DNA of 64,000 nucleotides. Source: Chrysomallon squamiferum (taxonomy: Eukaryota; Animalia; Mollusca). The translations under genes and the position numbers were made by a program. Below, piece after piece: positions 27,992-41,319 of the stretch. The notes beneath the pieces were generated by a model that was not told where the DNA came from, made no database searches, and worked only from the letters and a program-made list of their open reading frames with translations. The first letter of the stretch is position 1. The number at the start of each line of letters is the position of its first letter. The stretch covers positions 32,178,001 to 32,242,000 of the forward strand of contig CM022672.1 in the NCBI GenBank assembly GCA_012295275.1, written 5' to 3'.

Positions 27992-28729
27992 TTGTGTGTT
28001 TATCTAATAACATAAACATCACAACTGCAAAGTTGTAGTATATTGTTTTAGGAATTGACACACTATTGATTTGTTGGTAGAGCAATCTGTAAATTAATAT
28101 TCAGGATTAGGAAAATATTAAATATTTATTCCATGGATTTCTTACACCTGTAAAAATGGATGCCTCACACTGAATAGTTTTTGAGAAACAAACTGCAGAG
28201 TGAAACCTCCCACTAATAAACAAAGTAAACAATGTTTCTAAAATGAGACTTAGTGATTAATTTACTGACTTACAAATCATTTTAATAGTGAAGTAAAGAT
28301 TCAAGTAAGTAATACAACAAAATATGTCTCTCCAAACCTTGGCAAAGATCAGAGACTTTTGTCTTTAGTCACCTGATATTTCAGTGTGTTCAAGTTTCTG
28401 AAACAAAATGTCAAAATGTTGACATTTTCACTTTTATTATGACACACTGTGTGAAGAAAAACTCCTCACAGACTGAGTAGATTGTTACATCTGTCAGTGA
28501 TTCTCCACTGGGCTTACACAAGAGATTTCTGGGTAATAAACAGTGAAAGAGAGGCTAATGTATTTTTGATAGATTTTTTTATCATCTGCTGTGTGACTGG
28601 GTGAATGATCCACACTGTGTCATTCTTATCATTTGTTTATAGAACATTTCACCTTGATTCATCTCAAATCTTTTCCACATTCTCAATAAATGACATCATA
28701 CTGGAACACTTATCTGCTTTCATTCTTTT

Positions 28730-28985
28730 TATATGTGTTATATATGTATGTGATGTTAGTTATGTATATTTATAATTTTTGTGTTGTTCACAGATATTTA
28801 TTTTTTTATTATTTTATTTATTTTTTTTTTTTTGTGTTTGTGTATGAAATCATATGTGTTATAGATGTATGTGATGTTAGTTGTGTATATTTATAATTTT
28901 TGTGTTGTTCACAGATATTTTTTTTTTATTATTCTATTTTATTTATTTATTTATTTTTGTTGTGTTTGTTTGTGTATGAAATCCT
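28730..28985. repeat. ~125-bp tandem duplication
   Basis: atgtatgtgatgttagtt..gttcacagatattt occurs twice (~28744, ~28866). Confidence 0.85.
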
Positions 28986-29461
28986 TTGTGTCAATACTGA
29001 CCAGCATTTCGGGGAGTTTTTTGCAAGAAAGGGAGTCATTTTTCCTTAAACCAGTTATCCCCAGCTCAAAAAAAAATAAAAAAATAAAAATAAAAAATAT
29101 TATATATATATATACATATTATGTTAAACAACATGACTATGATTAAAAATATAAAACAAAGCCATAAATATTGGTATATACTAATTTTCATAAAGTGATT
29201 CTCTGAGACATAAAAATGATTTCAAAGGTTCCACAATGGTAAAAAGGTTGAGAAGAGCTAGACTGGACAAATGGGTGAAAAAAGAAAGCATCTATTCAGT
29301 TATTAAGTCACATTTGAGGAGTATTTAGTTTTGTGAATATCACTTTACTTCCCTCATAAGCTTCACAGTTAGTTATACCTGTTATATCTAATTATCTAAA
29401 TTTGGGTTAAAGTATCTGTCAGATGTATGCATTTTCTATGTATGTGTATGTATGTGTGTTT

Positions 29462-29507
<46 letters not shown>

Positions 29508-29839
29508 TCATTTTGATATGATAATTATAACAAAGGAATAAAAACAAAATAATAACATAGCTCAATAATATTTACTATATTAATATCAACTGTATTCTTA
29601 TCTACAATAATTAAAAGTTTCTGAAAAAAACAAACAAAAAAACCCAAACAACATTCCCCAATAGATTGGTTGGATAGGCCATAGGATCTTCACTCAGTCT
29701 GTGAGGATCATTTTTATTTACACCAGTGTATGTTTGTATACGTATTAATATTCCTATGCACTATTGTTTAAATTTCAGAAAATTCAGAGAGATAATCACT
29801 GAAAATTAAAATTTAGTTATCTTTATTTTATCATTTATA

Positions 29840-29924
<85 letters not shown>

Positions 29925-29947
29925 TGGTAACTTTTAATAATTTTTTA

Positions 29948-30530
29948 AAGTATGGTAGCATTTGCTCGTAGGTTGTCAGATGAATTGGCCAGTCTCCTTC
30001 GCGCTCAGCTCGTACGAACATCATGGTGAGCAGGACAGGTTTTATCAAGACATCGATACAACGTTTGGTAGTTTGGCTCTTGCTGGCTTCGGTTTCGAGA
30101 ATTTGCTTCAGGTCACCACTACAGTGTAGTGGTTTATCCTGAATGATTCAGTCAAGTGCCTCTTCAGCTACCATTCGTAATACTCTGACGTTCTGGGAAA
30201 CCTTTATTCCAGTGAGCATTTTCAACACACAGCCAAACACAGACGACTTTATATCTATTAGTGCCAGCCTATTACAATATGATATTAACATAATACTTAG
30301 TTCTAATGGACATCTTGGCCCCTAAAACCTAGGCATAGAGACAAAAATCACCTACCTAGGGTGAATAGGTAGGGAGTTATGGACGCCGTCTTGAATTTCT
30401 CAAATTGCTCAAGAGTGACAACATGCCATCTAGAAGTTTCTGAAAATAGAGACCAAAATTGACAGTAAAAAAAAAACTTAATACAACAATACAAAGTTAA
30501 GGTAAAAATTGGCAGTTGGCTGCCAGACTA
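29948..30530 (-). mobile_element. Academ DNA transposon relic (terminus plus transposase fragment)
   Basis: Minus strand 30235-29948 reads KMLTG..SQNVRVLRMVAEE..LIKPVLLTMMFVRAEREGDWPIHL..QMLPYF. The element end TAGTCTGGCAGCCAAC at 30530 fits TAG termini of Academ. Family assignment is from motif memory. Confidence 0.7.
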
Positions 30531-31300
30531 ATACAAAGAATAAAAGAAACGAGGAAAGTGTAAAAATAATAAACAAAAATTTTCGTGTTAAAATATTATC
30601 ATCAATTTTCCGCAGTCTCAGTTATACAAACATTCCTCACCCTTCTCTGCCTCACCCTGATATCACCATCCCCGCCCTGTTTGCGCTAAACTGCACTGGC
30701 GATCTTTGCTTAAAGAAATCAATTGTTTGAAGAGATTGAGCGTAAACAAATAGTTCAAGCTGCAGATAATTATTGTCACTTTAAAGCAGTGTTAATTATA
30801 GATTATTCTTTCACCTTGTATGTAATGTGTGAATGTATGTATGTATGTATGTATGTGTGTGTGTGTGTGTATGTGTGAGTGCTGTTACTTTTATACCGTA
30901 TAAACAATAAAACAGAATATTTGTGCACTTTCTTACTATTTTTCTATTTTTATATATTATTACGTTTATAGTTCAGAAAAATAAATGTGTTAATTTTATT
31001 TTGTTACGTTTGATATCTAATGAGCCATATGTTAAGTCCTTTTCAACAACAACAACAACAACAATATAAAAAATAATGTGTATAAATATTTTAATATTTT
31101 CTTAGTCTCACGCACGTAGTATATATAACATTGTACCTACGAAACCAAAAGTGCGTTTACGTCAGTGACGTAGCGTGGGCGGGACCACATAGGCGTTTGT
31201 ATTCATGAGTTAGTTACAATAGAAAAATAAACAAACAATACGTGAAATACAAATGTAAAGAATATTTTTAATGCGTTCACAATACTGATCCACAGATGAG

Positions 31301-31580
31301 CAGTAACGTAAGCGGCATTGATTCAGTCCTGCTCTCAACAGTAACGTAAGCGGCAGTTGATTCAGTCCTGCTCTCAACAGTAACGTAAGCGGCAGCTGAT
31401 TCAGTCCTGGTCTCAACAGTAACGTAAGCGGCAGTTGATTCAGTCCTGGTCTCAACAGTAACGTAAGCGGCAGCTGATTCAGTCCTGGTCTCAACAGTAA
31501 CGTAAGCGGCAGTTGATTCAGTCCTGCTCTCAACAGTAACGTAAGCGGCAGTTGATTCAGTCCTGCTTTCAACAGTAACG
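31301..31580. repeat. 39-bp tandem repeat, ~7 copies
   Basis: Unit cagtaacgtaagcggcagttgattcagtcctgctctcaa repeated head-to-tail with no spacers. Confidence 0.95.
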
Positions 31581-32053
31581 TCTGTGAATTAATCAAAATA
31601 AATTCAGCAAACAGGATTAGACCATGTTGTACAATTACACAAAATTTTATTTATCATGTTGTCAGTTATTATTTAGATCAGCACAAATTCACAATTTTAT
31701 AGTTTTATGTTAACAACGACATTATACGGTTATATTATTAACTTTCATTTTTATTTGTGACATCAATAACGAAGTTGAAATTACGCGAAAATACAGAAAT
31801 ATTTCCTTACAAGACTTTGATTAATACCGATATTTAAAAATAACTGGAATTTTTGCATTCTATTTCCGTCATAGTGTCATAAAACATCTATATTCTTATA
31901 CGTATTTTGTTCATTACGTTGCTGGCGTCATGGTATTACCTATATAATATTAAGTTACAATGAACTGGTGTATATAATAACGTCCTAAATTGTACTGTAT
32001 TCACGTTGAAGTATCCTCAAAAATGATTGGCCTGTTATCTATATCTATCTATC

Positions 32054-32483
32054 GGTATGTTCCCAAAACTGGCAGTCTCCAGATTAGGTAAGCGGTGAGG
32101 TGTTCTAATCCGCTTCCAGAAATGGGAAAACTGGCGTGAGCAATTAAGGCCAATTTAGACGCATGGGGATAACGAGATGTGTGAAGAACAGAGGGGGCGA
32201 TTAACGAGATTAACCTTAATGAGCAGTGAAGAGCAGAGGTGAGCCGTAATAGAGATTTAAAAAAAATTAATGTTTGGAGACATGAAATTAATGTTATATC
32301 TCAGTAAAATTTGGAGACATGAAATACTACCAATTTAGACAAAAGTACATCAGTTAAGGTGACGGAACTCCAATTAGTAAGGGTGAGCAATAAACTGCCA
32401 GAAATGGAACAACTGGCGTGGCCAGTTAAGATGTGTTATAATCTCACTGCCAGATTCGGGAATGCCAGAATCGGTAATAAACC
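32054..32483. mobile_element. MITE-like element with imperfect TIRs inserted in a TATC/TGTC microsatellite
   Basis: GGTATGTTCCCAAAACTGGCA ... TGCCAGAATCGGTAATAAACC; internal repeat ccagaaatgg..aactggcgtg occurs twice. Confidence 0.45.
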
Positions 32484-34128
32484 TGTCTGTCTGTCTCTCT
32501 GGCTGTCTATTTATCTATCCAGCAGAAGTAGTAGTGGTAATAGCATAGTAGTACTTGTAGTAGTAGTATTAATGTTACATTGATGCCCTCCCACACACAC
32601 ACAAGTGTACATGTGAGTGTTCATGTTTACATGTTTTACACAGTCAGAGTTTATATGCAAGTCTGAAAGGAGAAGAGGGTATAATGTATGTTTATTAGAA
32701 TGTATGCTAGAAACATAGAATGGCTATGTACATCTGTGGGTATTTTAGTGTACTTGTTTATATGTTTCCAAGAGAGAGACACAGAAAAAGAGACAAATAG
32801 ATAGGTAGATAGATGGACTGATGGATGTATGGATGAATAGATGGATGTTTTAGTAGGAGGAATAAGCATACTGTGTATAGATGGATGATACATAGATAAA
32901 CAGAAGGGTGGGAGGATCTAAAGAGTTTGATTACAGATAAATCAAAATAGGTTAGTATATCTACAGACTGACATGCTGTTGTTTCACCACCACTGAGCTA
33001 GTACCACACCCATATTTGTACTGACAGGTGAACACATACCATTTTTTATTTCATTATTATTATTATTTTTTTAGTAATTGTTATTAAATTTAAGTAATTA
33101 TTTTGTCCAGTGGAGGTAATTTGTTTATAACAAAGTGAAAACAACATCATGTTTGTATAATCATTATACAAGAATTCTTTTGTGAGGCACACATTATCTG
33201 AAAACAATTTTTATTTGAATGCAGGAAAGTTGTAATCACTCATTTTACTTGGAATGGTCAGTGAGTGTTTGAGTGACTCTAAACAGACAAAGTTTATCAA
33301 ACATACAGAACAGTCTGATTACAGTCACAGTTCTCAATACTGAATCATAGTCACCATTTTTTCAGTGAATAAAAACAATAACAAGAAAGATAACTGTATC
33401 AGATACACAACTTTGCTTCATTGTTAAGTCTGGTGAAGAGTTTGACATTGTGTTTGCTGAATTCACATCAACTCATGTAAAGTTTTGACACATGAGTTTT
33501 CACATAAAGAATGTATGTTTATTCATTAAGTGTTTATAATTAATTAATTATTCAGATCACATGTGAACTTAACTGAAAACAGAACTTAAATTGCTGTGGT
33601 GATAAGACAGAAAAATGTGACCACTCATTTTAGTTGAAGTTTTATCATTTTATCTCAAATGTAAAGTAACCTTTATATTTTTTCCATATTCTTGTAACAG
33701 AATCATGTCGTTCCGGAAGATACAATAACAAAAAATTAATAAAATAATTGTTTAGAAGTATTTTTCCATTGTGTTGAAGATGCTCTACGAATAAAAGAAT
33801 GCTGGCACGACCTACAGTTTATCAGACTGGTAACTGTCGAGGCTGATACCTACTCAGAAGATATTACAGATACATTTGAGCCGGAAGTCGTCTGCTGGTC
33901 TACACCAGGGGAGAGAACTCCCAACAACCAGATACGAATGTCCTGCATAATTCAACAAGACTAGAATCCCAGACCGTCTGTAGATGGCCTTTGAAAGAAA
34001 AGTTATACACAACAGAAGAATGAGTTTCACTTCCAGTTCATCTAGTGTCTGAAAAAAAAAATAATAAAAAAAAAAGAAAAAAAAATAAAAACACAATAAA
34101 ATAAAAATAAATAAATAAATAAAAAATA

Positions 34129-34162
<34 letters not shown>

Positions 34163-35084
34163 GAAAAGAAAAAACACACAAAAACTATCAGTCTTATATA
34201 AATCTGTAACAACAAAACAAATCTATTTCGAAAGCATAAAATTCAGATAAATTATAAAATTCCGTAACTCTATTACAATATTGTAATCATTTATAAATCA
34301 TTAATAATTACCTATGTCGACTGAACTCCCAAAGTCGCAGAATATATTCACTCATACAAAACTAAACTAAAATAAAATAAAATGTTCAAATAATGAAGTC
34401 TGTGGTGCGACTGACGTAGAAAGAAGGTTCTAGATTACTGCCCGAGTAACTGACGTCACCAGATTTTTTTATTTTTTTTTTTTTTAAATTTAGTATAAAT
34501 ATGATGTCATCACTTTTGAAATAATGTTTCTAGTAACAACAGATATATATGATACAGAAAGACAGAAGAAATTTTGCTTTAAAGAAAACACATGCTCAGA
34601 ATTATGCTTTCTTTTTTCCTTTCTTTATTAAAACTAAAAAGGAAAGAAAGAAACCAGCCAATGAACAAGAATAAATAAGTTACTTCTATAAATAACATTT
34701 TTGAAAATGAAGAACAAAAACAACTTTCTCAATAGGAATATCTACATAAACGTGTTCAAAATCTATGATGTGCGTGTTTCAAAATCATCTTCACTATGAT
34801 CTCGACTAAATAAAAACTGTATTTCCACTGTATCGTAGCTGCATGTTAGAGAGAAAATAAAGAGAATATATATACCGCTAACACTGTCAAAGTAGTTAAT
34901 AAAAGAGGAGAGAATTCATCACTTTTGTATATATATGTAAATTCGTCCACAGAAAATTCAGTGAGAATTTGTAATGTTACATAATACACATTTGACCTAA
35001 AAAAAAACAACTAACCTGTAAGCTATACTCAAAACAAATCATCTGAAATTAACATTACTAGAATCATTTCATGGACAAATAATG

Positions 35085-35525
35085 AGAGTGTATATGTATG
35101 TATATCTATAAATATCTCGAGTTTGTATGTGTAGCTGTGTGTATTATGTGTATGAGTGTGTATCTTTGTATCTGTGTGTGTATTATGCGTGTATGTTTTG
35201 TGTGTGTATATATATGTCTGTATGTGTATCTGTTGTTATATTATGTATTTGTATGTATATATGTGTGTGTATCTGTCTGAGTTTGTATTATGTGCGTATT
35301 TATATGCGTGTATATATGTATATCTATTTGTATTATGTGTATGAATGTATGTATTTATGTATATGTGAGTGTATTATGTGCGTGAGTGTATATATTTGGG
35401 TATCTCTGAATGTTTCTGTATATGTGTGTTTTTATTATCTGTGTAGGTATATATACCTGTGTGTTTGTATTATGTGTGTGCAAGTGTACGTACTTGTGTA
35501 TGACTGTATGTATGTGTATATGAAA
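35085..35525. repeat. Degenerate (TG/TA)n low-complexity tract
   Basis: tgtatg/tgtgta repeats. Confidence 0.9.
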
Positions 35526-38500
35526 ACTTTGTAAAAGAGGTAAGTGTTGTTTGCTTATTTAATATACAGTTTGCACTGACGCATGGCTGTTCCCTTCCCT
35601 TCCATCTATTATTTCATATCTATTAATTACATAATTTCTGAAAATATATTTATTTATTTATTATTTCTATTCATATTTCTATTTATTTGTTCTTCAGTTT
35701 GCGTGCGTGCGTGTGCGTGTATGTCACTTGTATTACTGTGTTAGTCAGTTCATTATAAACGTGAATCACCGGGTTTGTGGACCTGATGGTCTGTGTATTT
35801 ATGCAAACGTAGTGTGCGCGCCCTCTCGATTGTGAGACCATTTAGATGTATATAGATAGATACATGTTTTTCTCATAGATACACAGAACACTAAATCACG
35901 ACTCCATCCTGGTACCAGCGAGTCACGAATGTCAGAATATTCCAATAAATGTAACCATGGTTACCTCTAAACCTCTATATTTCATTATTGTTAGTTATAT
36001 AATCATCATTTGATTAATTTTTCCATATAAACCTGACGTCACCGTTTGCATTGCTTGTTTCACATGTCAGAGACATTGTTCCGTTATCAGCAAGAAAACT
36101 GTTTTTATTTCCTTCAGTGCTGACTCTTTGCGGACCATCTGTCAAACAAAACAGTAGTAATGTTTAATACTACAAGAAGAAATATATTACATGAACTTCA
36201 AGTCCAGTGATTTCAAGTTTTTGTTTAGTCCGAGTACTTTTGTCTTCTGCCGCCTGCTGACCTGTCCATCGTCGAGGGAAGCCAGCGAACTCGGACTACC
36301 AGTCATTGTCTGTACGTTTTGTTTTTGTTTTATTTTTATTTTTATTGTCCTAGTTGAACTGAGAATGTATTGTTCCATGTCACAGGTCATTTCAATATCG
36401 AATACATTCCAAGGACAGTCAGATGACCAGACGACTAACTTGCAGAACTCCTCTTAACTTCAACTGTTTGACCTTTACAGGATCATAACACGAGCCTCGA
36501 AATAATCCAGGGTCGCTCTCTGCTTTATCCCTCAACTCTGTAGAGATTAGATTATAGTAGTAGTAGCAGTAGTAGTAGTAGTAGTAGTAGTGGTAATAGT
36601 AATAGTAGTAGTAGAAGTAGGAGTAGTAGTAGTAGTAAAAGTAGTAGTAGTAGAGGTAACAGTTGCGGTAGAAATTAGTAATAACAACAGAAGCTGTACT
36701 AGTGGTAGTAGTACTGAGGGAAAGTGTGGCATAACGAGATACTTAACGTTTGTTGTACTCTCACTGGCGATGGATATGCGTTACAAGGGCAGACGTAATA
36801 CAATGCGCTTCGTTAGGTTATAAACTATCAATAATCCAGTCAACAGCCTGCAATTTAGAACATTGCCAGATACTGAGATAATTTCAGAAGGGTCAGAAAT
36901 TTCCCATATTGCCTCATATTGAGATTTGGTAAAGGGGCAAACTGAAATGGATGGGGCATAATGGGATGACCTTCTCCCCCTCCACAGATCACAGAAAAAT
37001 AAACAACTGTGACAAACTATCAAAGCTGTAAAACATTTATCTTAACCGAATAAAAGCACTGCAGGAACATCTATTCACAGCAGATTATAACCAAAACCTA
37101 AAATGCAATGAATACCGTTCACCAACCAAGTTAACTTCTATCATTGGAATTTTAAATCAGTTTACATTTAACTTCCAAACACAAACTTATAAACTGAATT
37201 CTAAGGAAAAGCAAACCACTGTACGGACGTAATCAGTAAATAAGTAAAAACCTTGTATAAAACAACATTTTACTCTGAATTCACTGAGTATGCCAAAGAA
37301 AACTGTGACTGAACAAATTCTGTAGGTACATGTAGTCAGTGTATAAGCACTTTTATATGTTATGTCTGTGATTAGCTATGGTTTAAATATATCATCACTG
37401 AAAAACAAGACATCAGTGAAATACAAGATAGATAATAATTATTGATATATAAACAATGTCTATATGAAGTGAAATCTATTGAATTAAGGATGTTGCACTG
37501 GAGAATCCCATGAGCTAAACTTTAAAAACGGGGACTTCATAAAATACATCTTTTTCTTCCGTTTAGCAGAATACAGTTAAGTTCTCCTAGCAGCGTGTGT
37601 GGAATTGGTAGACACAACAACAACAACAAGCAGACTGGAGCAGAACCACTAAAGCAGTGAGGAGTGTACAGGTTACATTACATAACCCAGTAAAGAGTTT
37701 TGTCTATCAAATAACATGTCTGTATTAAGGGATGTCCCTCTTTTGGCAGGGAATCACACATATACATAAACAAATACACAATAAAAGAAGACGATTACAC
37801 ACAGAAAGACACACACGAACACACTCACACGTACACACACACACACACACACACACACGTATCCTTTTGGTGGATAGGCACCGACTGCCGCACTGGAATA
37901 TTTTTAATATATTTCTTTAATGTCTTTCTTTCTTTCGTTATTATTGTTGTTGTTGTTGTTGCTGCTGTTGCCGACATCGTTAGCGTCATCTTGTTGTCCT
38001 TATTACTAATGTTACTTTTCTTCTTCTCATTATTATTTCGACCAACTTTATTATTATTATTTTAGTTACTTTATAATCAATGCTGCCGTCAATGTTGTTC
38101 CTGTACTGGTTGTTCATTTTTCTGTTATTGTCGTTATAAATACACCGTAAAAAGTCAGTTTAGAAATATGGGGGGCAGGAAATAATAGTAATCATTATCA
38201 TCATCACAATAGAAATTATAATGATGATGATGATAATGACGACGAAAATAATAATAATCATAATAATAATAAAATATATAAATGAAAAAAAAAAAATAAA
38301 TAAAAATAAAAATAAAAAAATAAAATGTTTTTGCTGCCAAAAGCATATCAATCATAATAGAAATTATAACGATGATGATAAATAAATAAAATAATAAAAT
38401 AATTAAATAAAAATAACATGAAAAATAAAATAAAATAAAATCATAATCATAATAATAACGAAATAAATATTTAAATCGAATGAAATAAAAATAACATTCA

Positions 38501-38892
38501 AAAATAAAATAAAATAAAAAAATAAAATGTTTTTTGCGCCATCAAACAAAATTAATAAACTAATTAATAAACTAGGTCACCCCCACCCCATACCATCCCA
38601 TCCAGTTCTCAGTATTCACTGCTGATGTGAATTTCACCTTAAACACTGCACAAACAACTGACGCTTTACAATTCTTAATAGTATGAAAGAAAAAACCTTT
38701 TTTTAATGTGAACAAGAACAACAAACTAAATAAATAACATCATCAGCAAAAACAACAACAACAACAACAACAACAACAAATAATAATAATAATTCAAAAT
38801 AAACGAAGAAAGAAAGAAAAAGGCATAAAAAAAAGATAATGAAATAAATAATAAGTAAACATTTTTTAAAACTGAAAGAGAGAAAATTAAGC

Positions 38893-38938
<46 letters not shown>

Positions 38939-40319
38939 TCCCTGAGGCTGACTTTACTGAAGCCTGGGACCCAAGTAATCTGTTTTGTTTTTGTTTAGTG
39001 CTAAATGTTAACGCTATGTATAACGTAATCGCTCCATGCGCGTCACTGAAATGAATTTATAGGAATACTGTAAGATATAATTAATGTCTGAAGTTAAAAT
39101 GTTTTGTTTAGAATAAGAGAAGAAAGGATAATTAGAGAATGAGAGAAGAAAGGATATTTAAAAAACGAGAAACGAGAAAAACGACAACCGAATGAATGTA
39201 ACGAAAGTTTGAAAAGCACTTTTATTCTTCCATTTTTATTTATTTATTTAGAGACAGACTGAAAAAAATAGCCATGTGGAAAGACATAGTAAAAGAGAAA
39301 ATTCATGAAAACTAAGCTGAAAGTGAAAAAAACCCCAACAAATTATAAATATCCAGAGAAAAACGTTTACTTTATGAAGTATGAGAACAGTGAAATACAA
39401 AAGTAGAAAATACTGCTAACGTAATAATGATGAAAATAAAATGGAAATTCTAAACAACAAAAAAGTACAGATGAATATCACAAATTTCTAATATATGTAA
39501 CGAAAAGCTCACTAATGATGTAAGACAGGTAAATAACAACTATTATCTACAAAGTAGTATACACGTGATCTTGTCTTGTCGTCTGTCCACGAAACAGCGA
39601 CAGATTTTCACGAAAACCAGTGGCAATGACCTTTGTTAACAAATACTTTTGGACTCTACGTAGCCTCTGAAATACTACTGCTACTACGACTACTACTACT
39701 ACTAATAATAATACTAATAATAATACTAATACTAATAATAATATTAATAAGAAGAAGAAGAAGAAGAAAAAGAAGAAGAACAACAACAACAGTTAATACA
39801 AGTTATTTTCTACTGCAACTACTATTTCTTCTACTAATACATATTATTTCTATAGCAACAACACTACTAATAAAGCTGCTATCTGAAAAAAGGAGTTTCC
39901 CATTTGAACATATATTCACATCACAACAACCAAAACTGGTTAACGACAAAAGTATGTAACCGCGAACTGTTTTGAACAATTGTTACGATATTATATTTAT
40001 ATATAGATAGCTGAACTACAACATGGTGATTTTATTCACAGAAACCATCTCAACATTCAGTCTAAATTTTCGGTTACAGAACGGTTTGTCACAAACGAAT
40101 ACGGCCACATTAATTCTTGTATTTTCATATGTTACGGAAATGGCCGAACGTTATGAAATATCGAGTTCCTACAGTCTAGAATTGTAGTGTTTAGTTATGT
40201 AACGCAGTTATAAAAAGACAAATTAGGAAAATAAGTCAGCTAAACATTTTTAAAATGTATAAATGTATTACCAGGCAAAGTGATAAGTAAATGATTCAGG
40301 TGATAAATAAATCGGTCGA

Positions 40320-40560
40320 TTAACTTCGCCATTTTACGTAATCAGAATGACGTCACTAAACAAGTAACAACAACAATAGCAACATGGCGAACAATTGTAA
40401 ATTAACGAAGGTTTATGTTTTTATTTATTCTAATAACTGGATGATGGATATGATGTTAATTTAGTTTATTTCGATTACTTGGTGATTCTTTTCTTTAAAG
40501 ATAATTTACTTAAAACTGGAAGACTGTGCAGACCTAGTGAATCGTGAAAATGTAAGTCGC
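40320..40560. promoter_or_regulatory. Putative bidirectional promoter
   Basis: CGCCATTTT 40327-40335, TTACGTAA 40334-40341, TGACGTCA 40348-40355, AACATGGCG 40381-40389. Splice donors point outward on both sides (40552 +, 40271 -). Confidence 0.55.
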
Positions 40561-40673
40561 TTATTTTTTATTATATATTTGTAGTTGTAACAATAAACCA
40601 TTTTTTATTGTTTTAATTCTTCATCATCGTCATAAATATCTTTTTTTTTCTGGTTCTTATTCTTCTTCTTCAC

Positions 40674-40714
<41 letters not shown>

Positions 40715-41319
40715 GATATTATTATTAATACAAACTGAATACAAAAACCTCGTATATTGTTACAAATCAAGATAAAACACTTCATTTAGTATAGCTACTA
40801 CAACTACCATTGCTATTATTTCTGTTATTAATGTTGCTACTAAAATGTTAAAAACTAAAACTACTACTGTTACTCCTACCACTACTATTTCTATTTCTAA
40901 TGTTGTAGATATAACTACTAATATTAGTTTTGTTAATCTTAGAATAATTACATATGTATTGTTGATCAGGGAAACATAACTGAAGTAACTGCTTTCAGAA
41001 TTTAACAGATGCATCAGAAATACACAACTTGTATATAACTGGCTCATGCTTAATAATAGCAATAATAATAGTTTTAGTACTAGTGGTGGTGCTAACAGTA
41101 ATGGTAGTAGTATAGTAATACTAGTACTACTGATAATTGTAATCTATTTGCTCTTTTTACATTTTAGTACATTAATTTTGTTGTTGGTGTTTTGCTAATC
41201 AGTGGTTTTTGATATATTTTCTTTTTATATTGATTTTTAACTTAAAATTTAAAGAAATCATTAATTTAAAACAAAATGTTAGAATAACATTTAAAGAAAG
41301 CCTTAGTATTACAGATAAC

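Noticed and set aside
31301-31580. Possible CRISPR array
   Set aside because: Units are contiguous with no unique spacers, there are no cas genes, and the context is eukaryotic.
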